Made by a program: the position numbers and the translations under genes | Shown here: positions 53,478 to 60,005 of the stretch, piece after piece | Position numbering within the stretch: position 1 is the stretch's first letter | How the letters are laid out: each line of letters opens with the position of its first letter | Assembly (NCBI GenBank): GCA_016181935.1 | Contig: JACOYI010000006.1 | Coordinates: 1 to 60,005 of the forward strand | Origin: Candidatus Niyogibacteria bacterium | Lineage (GTDB): Bacteria; Patescibacteriota; Minisyncoccia; HO2-45-28 | Length of the DNA: 60,005 nucleotides | Reading direction: 5' to 3' | Notes under the pieces: generated by a model | What the model saw: the letters and a program-made list of their open reading frames with translations, nothing else | The model's database searches: none | Told to the model about the DNA's origin: nothing

Positions 53478-53711
53478 TTAATGCTGCGCCAATTCTTTTT
53501 CTTTGCGCTTCTTCTCCTTTTTATCGAGCTTCGCAAACACATCGATCGTCTGCCGCCCCTTGTAGGCCCCGCAGTTGGAACAGGCGAACTGGGGAAGTTT
53601 TGGCGTTTTGCATTTGGGGCATACGGTGAGCGTCGACGCCCGCAACGCATGATGCGACCGGCGATTTCCCGTGTGCGAGCGCGTGGAGCGCATCCGATTG
53701 ACCATAGGCAC
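53478..53711 (-). CDS. rpmF: 50S ribosomal protein L32
   Basis: RSHTGNRRSHHAL...CPKC...CSNCGAYKGR. Confidence 0.88.
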   Translation of the reverse strand: MPMVNRMRSTRSHTGNRRSHHALRASTLTVCPKCKTPKLPQFACSNCGAYKGRQTIDVFAKLDKKEKKRKEKELAQH

Positions 53712-53771
53712 AGCATACCGAATTTGGCGCCCCGCGTCAACAAAAAATCGCGGCCCGTAGGTCGCGATCCG

Positions 53772-54797
53772 CTACACCAAAAGCTGCTTCTCAATGCCAT
53801 CCGCCGCTTCCTCGTTCCGAGCGGTAGCGGACGCAATGTCATCTAAATCCATGTCCAGCCGGACCATCGCCGACCGCTCCGCATCCGATATCTTGCGGAA
53901 CAGCTGCGAGCATGCCGCCTGCGTGGCGAAGATCGCCGAAAGCGTTTTCTGGCGATCCGCATCGGTATTGAGCCGCGCCGAGTGGACATCCGTGTAAATG
54001 CCGAGAAGCTCGCGCAACGCCTCCAGCCGGCCCCGATTTTCTTCGAAAAATGAAACCGCCTGCTGGGCTTGGAAATACTGTTCTTCGGCATCCATAAGCT
54101 CTCGAGCCAGCATATTCTCGAGCCCGCGGAAACGCTCGCGCAAATCCGCATCCCCCTCTTCCCATTCGTTTTTCCGCGATTTGCACCGCTCAAGCGCATT
54201 TGTGATTTTCGCGAGCCGCGTCCGCGCTTCGATCTCCAGCGCCTTCAGCTGTTCGGTTTGTTCCGCGAACTGTTCCCACGCCGTCTGAACGGCATACTGA
54301 AGTTCGGATGCCTCGGGAAGCTTGGTGAATACTCCACGATTTTTCAACCAGCGAAGCGGCGCTCCCGCCACATAGGGAAGAGCGACAAGGCCGCGCGCGA
54401 ACCCCGTCATCGCAAAAAAAGCGATTTCGAGCGCGCCAAAAAATGCGCGGAACAGTTTGAATGGCCATAGGAGAGTAATGATGCGGTAATATTTTTCTTC
54501 GCCGGACGCATCATATATCGCGACCAAATCTCCCTCCTCCTTCTTCCGCCGGCAAACGGTAAGCAAAAAATGATAACAGCCGGGGTTGGTCACATTGTTT
54601 TCGTCGCTAAATGTGCGCACACGATTCTTCCAGTCCCAATACGCGCACGGAAATAACAGCAATCGGATGCTTTTTTGGAGAACATTCAATTCCTCCGAGG
54701 GCGTCTCCCGCCTCAACTCCCGAAGCGTCAGTTTGCCGAGAAGCCGGCCGATGGCCAGATACGCCGGTATGCCGACGGCAAGCGTCACGAGGTCCAT
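53772..54797 (-). CDS. Hypothetical membrane-anchored coiled-coil protein
   Basis: Start at MDLVTLAVGIPAYLAIG. TM segments, then a heptad-rich C-terminal half. Confidence 0.5.
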   Translation of the reverse strand: MDLVTLAVGIPAYLAIGRLLGKLTLRELRRETPSEELNVLQKSIRLLLFPCAYWDWKNRVRTFSDENNVTNPGCYHFLLTVCRRKKEEGDLVAIYDASGEEKYYRIITLLWPFKLFRAFFGALEIAFFAMTGFARGLVALPYVAGAPLRWLKNRGVFTKLPEASELQYAVQTAWEQFAEQTEQLKALEIEARTRLAKITNALERCKSRKNEWEEGDADLRERFRGLENMLARELMDAEEQYFQAQQAVSFFEENRGRLEALRELLGIYTDVHSARLNTDADRQKTLSAIFATQAACSQLFRKISDAERSAMVRLDMDLDDIASATARNEEAADGIEKQLLV

Positions 54798-54865
54798 ATG
54801 CCTCCTTTCTTGAGTTTTCAATGACCGTTTGGTTGAATTATGAATATCACAAAAACCCAACCCCG

Positions 54866-55462
54866 TCAATTCGCGTACTTCGCGCAAAATGACCGCCGAT
54901 GCGCGTCGCATAATCCATGCTTACGGATGCGCTCGCGGTGCAATTTGGTGCCATATCCCTTATGAATTTCGAAGCCGTACTGTGGATACTTTTTCGCGAG
55001 GCGCACCATGTACCGGTCGCGGCGGACCTTCGCGATAATGGACGCCGCCGCGATCACTGGCACTTTTTCATCGCCTTTAATGATGGTTTTTTGAGGATAT
55101 TCGGAGGGCGCCGATAAACTGCCATCGAGCAATATGGTTTCGCAGCTCCCGCCCCGCAAACTCGCGTGCTTTTTTAATGCCCGCATAAGCATCCGTCGGA
55201 TGCCGCGACGGATCGCTTTTGCTATCCCCCAGCGGTCGATCGAATGCGGCCCGACCGAGGTTGAACAAAAAAATACGCGCGGCTCGGCCTTGAACTTTGT
55301 AAACCACGCTTCACGCGCACTCGCGCTCAGTTTTTTAGAATCACGAATACCGGCAAAAAGCCGCGCTCCCAAGCGCCGCGGCGCCGCAAACAAAGCGAGC
55401 GTCACCGGCCCTGCAAAAGGCCCGCGCCCTGCTTCGTCCACACCGATAAGCCACTTTCCCAT
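54866..55462 (-). CDS. rnhB: Ribonuclease HII
   Basis: IGVDEAGRGPFAGPV and DSKKLS motifs. Confidence 0.92.
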   Translation of the reverse strand: MGKWLIGVDEAGRGPFAGPVTLALFAAPRRLGARLFAGIRDSKKLSASAREAWFTKFKAEPRVFFCSTSVGPHSIDRWGIAKAIRRGIRRMLMRALKKHASLRGGSCETILLDGSLSAPSEYPQKTIIKGDEKVPVIAAASIIAKVRRDRYMVRLAKKYPQYGFEIHKGYGTKLHRERIRKHGLCDAHRRSFCAKYAN

Positions 55463-55508
55463 GATCTTTCATATTGTATAGGACTCCGAGGAGGGTATAA
55501 TAGACGCG

Positions 55509-56309
55509 ATGACATACAGAACCCGAACACAGCTTTTCTGGCTTTCCGTCGGCATGTTCATCCTTATTGCGCCTCCGATGCTTTTCTACGCGACCGGCTG
55601 GCGCATCACCTCGGAACTCGATATTGAACGGACCGGCGGCCTCTTCATCGCCGTTCCCGAATCCGGAAGCAAGGTCTATCTCGATGGCGATCTCGAACGC
55701 GAAACAAATTTTTTGCAATCGGGAACACTCATTCAAAACCTGACCCCGCGCAATTATTCCGTGCTTGTCGCCAAGGATGGGTATTGGCCGTGGACAAAAC
55801 AATTGGCGGTTGAAGGCAGCGCGGTCGTCGAGGCAAAAGCGCTTCTCGTGCCGCAAAATGTCGGGGGAACGCCCGTTGCCCGAACTGCCGCAGAATATAA
55901 AGCCGCCATCAACGCCATTGAAAAAGCGAAGCGAAACACCGCGACCTCAACGGAAGAAGCGCGATTCGGGCTTGCCCAGGATCGAAAAGGCCGCGCCGAG
56001 ATCTGGTGGGATTCAGGTCAGCATATCTGGTTCCGGTGGATCTCGGATGCCCCGCTTCCGTATTACACGGACCTGCCGGCAAAGATCCTTTTCCAATCCC
56101 GCTCACCCCTTCACGGCATCGCATTTTATCCGTCGCGCGATGACGTCATTTTGCTTGCGGCCGAAAACAGCATCTTCGCGCTCGAAATCGATGCTCGCGG
56201 CACGCAAAATTTCCAGCCGATCTATAAAGGAGTCGAGCCATCGCTCGCGCGCGTAAATCGCGATATCTATGTGCTGGATCAAGGAATGCTCACCCGAATT
56301 GAACTCTAG
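55509..56309 (+). CDS. PEGA-domain membrane-anchored protein
   Basis: N-terminal TM, then SKVYLDGD...NLTPRNYSVLVAKDGYWPW (PEGA-like). Confidence 0.65.
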   Translation: MTYRTRTQLFWLSVGMFILIAPPMLFYATGWRITSELDIERTGGLFIAVPESGSKVYLDGDLERETNFLQSGTLIQNLTPRNYSVLVAKDGYWPWTKQLAVEGSAVVEAKALLVPQNVGGTPVARTAAEYKAAINAIEKAKRNTATSTEEARFGLAQDRKGRAEIWWDSGQHIWFRWISDAPLPYYTDLPAKILFQSRSPLHGIAFYPSRDDVILLAAENSIFALEIDARGTQNFQPIYKGVEPSLARVNRDIYVLDQGMLTRIEL

Positions 56310-56393
56310 CTTGACTTTTTATACAGAAATGATATAAGGATTTAGGTCTTTAACACATTGTTTTTGCGCCCCTATCCCTGAAAGGAGATACGC

Positions 56394-57656
56394 ATGGGCA
56401 GGTCCGCGATCGGCAGTGATGCAGTCATGCAGGCGGTTTTGGATGCCTCGAGCGGCAACAGTGCCGTGGATTTTCCGCCTGTTAAGAAGGTGAAAGCGGC
56501 CTTTCAAAGAAGCGGGAGGTCCATCAGCGATCTTTCGCTCCAAAAGTATCTTTCCACGCTCGAGCGCGACGGGTACATTGAACGCGTCCGGGGCGGACCC
56601 CGCGGCAACGAAATCGAGCGCATCGACATTTTGAAGCGCTCGCTTCCCCAAGCGGGGGCGGCGCCAAAATTGCAGGCCGTAAGGCCGCATGCGAAGCAAC
56701 CGCCGAAACAATCAGAAACGACACCGTTGTCGGTGCCAACGAAGCAGACCGATGCGCTGCTTCGTGCCGAAGTCATTGCCCAACAGCGGGCGGCGACGGT
56801 CGCCATTGGAACGCCGCCCTCGTCCAAACCCAAAAACATCGCGCTCCTTGTGGACTGGGAAAATACGTTCCTCGCGGGAACAGTTCGCGGATTTGCGGTC
56901 TCGTTTTCGGGCATCAAGAAATTGGTTCGGGAACAGGGACGCATTCTTTTTGCCGATGTTTTTGTTGACCCGCATACGGTCGAACGCGCGGCAAAGAGCG
57001 GCGCCTCGGATACGCTCCGCTCGCTGTGGGACGCGGGCTATCATGTCATCGCCTGCCCCATGGGCTCCAAAGATGCGGATGCCGTGGATACGATCATGAA
57101 CCAGCGGGCGCGCGATTACCTTGAGCTTGCCGACATCGACATTCTCGTGGTTGTCAGCCGCGATCGGGATTTTCGGGCGCTTTCCGACAAAGCCGCAGAC
57201 CGGGGAAAGCATGTCGTCCTGTTCGACGTAATAAAACACCGCAGTCATGTGGAAGGCGGGGATGCCCACTTTGAACTGGAGAACGGCCGGGAACACATCA
57301 AGCTGGAACGCGCGGCGGAAGCGCTCAAAACAGCGCGGCACGGCGAAACCGCGGAGAGCGAGTACTGGCGAGAGTATCTGGCAGAGATCGTCCGCACGAT
57401 CACCGGCATCAAGGCTCACGGAAAAACGATGCTCTTCCAATCGTTTCCATCCATGCAGGACCAAGTTCAAATGCGTCTGGATTCGCCGTGGAAAAATCAG
57501 TCGGGAAAAATTCTTCGGGTCGCGCTCACGGTGCTGCGCGAAAAGGGCGCCATTCGTCAAATTACGGCAAGAAATGGGGTGCAGTATGTCATAGATCCGC
57601 AAAGCCCCATCGTTCAAAACGCATGTTCCGTCAATTTGCTCGCGTCAGCCGGTTAA
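56394..57656 (+). CDS. wHTH + NYN/LabA-like (PIN-fold) domain protein
   Basis: AAAGGAGA Shine-Dalgarno upstream. LQKYLSTLERDGYIERV (wHTH); IALLVDWENTF ... DILVVVSRDRDF (NYN motifs). Confidence 0.65.
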   Translation: MGRSAIGSDAVMQAVLDASSGNSAVDFPPVKKVKAAFQRSGRSISDLSLQKYLSTLERDGYIERVRGGPRGNEIERIDILKRSLPQAGAAPKLQAVRPHAKQPPKQSETTPLSVPTKQTDALLRAEVIAQQRAATVAIGTPPSSKPKNIALLVDWENTFLAGTVRGFAVSFSGIKKLVREQGRILFADVFVDPHTVERAAKSGASDTLRSLWDAGYHVIACPMGSKDADAVDTIMNQRARDYLELADIDILVVVSRDRDFRALSDKAADRGKHVVLFDVIKHRSHVEGGDAHFELENGREHIKLERAAEALKTARHGETAESEYWREYLAEIVRTITGIKAHGKTMLFQSFPSMQDQVQMRLDSPWKNQSGKILRVALTVLREKGAIRQITARNGVQYVIDPQSPIVQNACSVNLLASAG

Positions 57657-57673
57657 CCGGCTGACGTTTTTTA
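57645..57673 (+). terminator. Rho-independent terminator
   Basis: TCAGCCGG-TTAA-CCGGCTGA followed by CGTTTTTT. Confidence 0.85.
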
Positions 57674-57727
57674 TTTGACTTTTTGAAAAATTCAGGTTAT
57701 TTTTATTCCACCAGCCCCCAAAGGGTA

Positions 57728-57746
57728 CCAAAGGGTAGTCCTTTGG
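57728..57746. repeat. Solo/degenerate arm of the palindromic hairpin element
   Basis: CCAAAGGGTAGTCCTTTGG, preceded by a partial duplicate AAGGGTACC. Confidence 0.5.
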
Positions 57747-57768
57747 GTGGATAACCTGTGGATAAAAA

Positions 57769-58917
57769 ATGATATCGTTCAAGATACTCAAGAGATCCTC
57801 TAAAAGCCGCGCGCGGCTCGGACTGTTGCGAACGCCGCACGGCGACATTGAGACACCAGCATTCGTGCCCGTGGCGACGCAAGCGACCGTAAAGGTATTA
57901 AATTCGGAACGCGTTTTAGAAACCGGAACGCAGCTTTTGATCGCCAACACCTATCACCTGCATCTGCGCCCGAATGAAAAAATCATCAAAGCGCACGGCG
58001 GCCTCCATGATTTTATGAATTGGCCACGGCCGTTGATGACCGATTCGGGCGGATTTCAGGTGTTCAGCTTGGGATTCGGCAAAGATTTAGGAGGCAACAA
58101 GATCACGAAAAACCGCGCAACTTGGAAACCGAGTTTCCAAGTTGAAGGCGGCGCCCAGCCGAAACTGTTGAAAATCGGCGAAGACGGCGTGCATTTCCGT
58201 TCGCATATCGACGGCAAGGAACTTTTCATTGGGCCGAAGGAATCCATGCGCATCCAAAAAGCGCTCGGCGCGGATATCATTTTTGCATTCGACGAATGCC
58301 CGCCGCCGCAGGCGACGCGCGAGTATATGAAGCGCTCGATGGACAAAACCCACCGTTGGGCGAAAATCTCACTCGACGAGCACGACCCAAAGCAGGCACT
58401 TTTCGGCATCGTGCAGGGTGGTAAATTCCGCGACCTGCGCATTGAGAGCGCGCGGTTCATCGGCTCGCTCCCCTTTGACGGATTCGGCATCGGCGGCGAA
58501 TTCGGCGCGGATAAAAAGGAAATGTCGCGAATGTTGGGCTGGGTCGCGGATGAATTACCGGAACAAAAACCGCGCCATTTGCTTGGCGTGGGCTATCCCG
58601 AAGATATCGAGCTCGCCGTCCGCGCTGGCATGGATACGTTTGACTGCATCACGCCGACACATTACGCGCGGCGCGGCATGGCCTACACTGGAAAAGGCAT
58701 GCTCGATTTAATGAAGCGTTCCTACGAAAAAGACAAAAAGCCGGTGGATCCGGCCTGCGCCTGCGTCGTCTGCAAAACCTATACGCGCTCCTACATCCAC
58801 CATTTATTGCGCGCCCGCGAAATCACTCCGCTTGAACTTCTCACATTCCACAATCTGCATTTTTTCAACGCGAAGTTGAGAGAGATTCGAGAGAAAATTA
58901 AGAGAGGGAAAATTTAA
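57769..58917 (+). CDS. tgt: Queuine/tRNA-guanine transglycosylase
   Basis: RLGLLRTPHGDIETPAFVPV, TDSGGFQ, GIGG, and a C-x-C-x2-C zinc site. Confidence 0.93.
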   Translation: MISFKILKRSSKSRARLGLLRTPHGDIETPAFVPVATQATVKVLNSERVLETGTQLLIANTYHLHLRPNEKIIKAHGGLHDFMNWPRPLMTDSGGFQVFSLGFGKDLGGNKITKNRATWKPSFQVEGGAQPKLLKIGEDGVHFRSHIDGKELFIGPKESMRIQKALGADIIFAFDECPPPQATREYMKRSMDKTHRWAKISLDEHDPKQALFGIVQGGKFRDLRIESARFIGSLPFDGFGIGGEFGADKKEMSRMLGWVADELPEQKPRHLLGVGYPEDIELAVRAGMDTFDCITPTHYARRGMAYTGKGMLDLMKRSYEKDKKPVDPACACVVCKTYTRSYIHHLLRAREITPLELLTFHNLHFFNAKLREIREKIKRGKI

Positions 58918-58955
58918 CTCATAAAAAATAGCCGCTCCATCAGCTGACGGATCGG

Positions 58956-59432
58956 CTAGTCGAGCGTCGGTGACAAAACCGCTATTGCCACTTCAATGGC
59001 TTCGTCCAGATTCGAAACGATGAAACCAGCGACCTGATTCAGGATGGAATGCTCGTGGATATTGCCCTTTTCCATCACGACCACGATCGGCTTCCGAAAT
59101 GCATCCGCCCACGCGATTTCCATCACGGTTCCGATGGAAACTTTTTTCGCGCCCAAAAAATTAACGAACAGCATATCGCACCGCATGACATCCATCCGGT
59201 CGCGGCACGTAATGCCTCTGCGCGAGGACAACGGATGCCCATCGCCTTCGTAGGAATCCTTGATCGCTTTTTCGTTGGCAAGATAGCGTTTGCCACGCAT
59301 GGGCGAAATCGCCACGATATGCGACGGAAGTTTTGCGGCAACATAATTCCGCCAATCCGTGCTTTCTCCGTACGACACGCCCGTGATCGGACCGCCACAA
59401 TACAGCAGAAATTCTCTCACGACGACCTCCAT
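58956..59432 (-). CDS. Nucleoside 2-deoxyribosyltransferase-like protein
   Basis: LYCGGPITG N-terminus and GTVMEIAWA catalytic-Glu region. Confidence 0.75.
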   Translation of the reverse strand: MEVVVREFLLYCGGPITGVSYGESTDWRNYVAAKLPSHIVAISPMRGKRYLANEKAIKDSYEGDGHPLSSRRGITCRDRMDVMRCDMLFVNFLGAKKVSIGTVMEIAWADAFRKPIVVVMEKGNIHEHSILNQVAGFIVSNLDEAIEVAIAVLSPTLD

Positions 59433-59521
59433 TTGAGGAACAAACTATTCGCAGACTAACAGAAGAATCGATCGATGAATTGTGGATATCTTCTTGTCGG
59501 TGGCGTTTTCGCGGGTTGAAG

Positions 59522-59599
59522 TGGCGCTCCCATCGGGATTCGAACCCGAGTTTTCAGGATGAGAACCTGACGTCCTAGACCGGACTAGACGATAGGAGC
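59522..59599 (-). tRNA. tRNA-Glu(CTC), CCA encoded
   Basis: The reverse complement is a 78-nt cloverleaf with anticodon loop TTCTCAT and T-loop TTCGAAT. Confidence 0.9.
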
Positions 59600-59651
59600 A
59601 ACGCAAAAATTATACCCCAAATATCATTGAATCGCAGAGCTTCGGACATCG

Positions 59652-60005
59652 CTAGCGGGCAAGCGCCTCACGGAACGTGCACTGCCCGTCCCGTGAGAGC
59701 TGGACCGCCGCCACGAGGTCTTCGATGCGGGCATCCAAACCGGCCCGAATGTCGTCGTCGCTCTGAACGCCGCAGGCCAGCATCACCGCCGCCCGAAGCC
59801 GGCTTCTGCCGACGATCAGCGGCGAGGCCATCATGAGCAAGAGCGGCGTTCCGATGTGGCGTTCCGGAATGCGGTCGATCGTTTCGACCACCTGGTCCAC
59901 GACGAATTCGCCATGCCGCGCGCCCGCCTCCGCATAGAGCGCGCAGAGCTCAACGAGCGGCCGCATCTCCTGCTCCGGCCCCTCGAAGGTTACGGTGTCC
60001 GTGCA
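59652..60005 (-). CDS. Hypothetical protein, 5' end outside the window; high-GC gene
   Basis: The frame stays open to the window edge. Composition is clearly more GC-rich than the rest of the window. Confidence 0.45.
   Translation of the reverse strand, partial: CTDTVTFEGPEQEMRPLVELCALYAEAGARHGEFVVDQVVETIDRIPERHIGTPLLLMMASPLIVGRSRLRAAVMLACGVQSDDDIRAGLDARIEDLVAAVQLSRDGQCTFREALAR

Overview
Gene-dense bacterial chromosome segment, about 55-60% GC by eye. The content fits a reduced-genome Patescibacteria/CPR-type organism: a 16S rRNA 3' domain carrying a large insertion, a DUF5679-type mini zinc-ribbon gene, nucleotide-salvage genes in place of biosynthesis genes, and giant surface proteins. Most of the window is housekeeping. 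It holds serS, recR, dnaB, cysS, ctpA-like, rplI, pyrG, rpmA, mpg, a P-type ATPase, a CaCA antiporter, rmuC and rplU. A long minus-strand run with overlapping (probably translationally coupled) genes follows: proS-mreB-mreC-mreD-amidohydrolase-ftsW/rodA-murG-gltX-M23 peptidase. After it come rseP, rpsP, smc, rnc, a nusB-Nudix fusion, rpmF, rnhB, tgt and three intact tRNAs (Ile-GAT, Cys-GCA, Glu-CTC). The accessory content is: (i) an 8-kb block (about 15.2-23.1 kb) with two paralogous giant tail-fibre-like / FG-GAP / glycine-rich surface-protein genes, both frame-interrupted; (ii) a low-GC PaaX-like gene bracketed by two perfect palindromes; (iii) a low-GC GIY-YIG gene bracketed by a 55-nt duplication of the tRNA-Cys 5' part; (iv) three dispersed repeat families, namely a 153-bp MITE-like element, a roughly 40-nt palindromic hairpin with a conserved loop that also sits in frame inside both giant genes, and a roughly 105-nt inverted-repeat element. 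There is no CRISPR array, integrase, transposase or reverse transcriptase in the window. All calls come from reading the sequence and the ORF track by eye. Identities and GC values are visual estimates, not computed.
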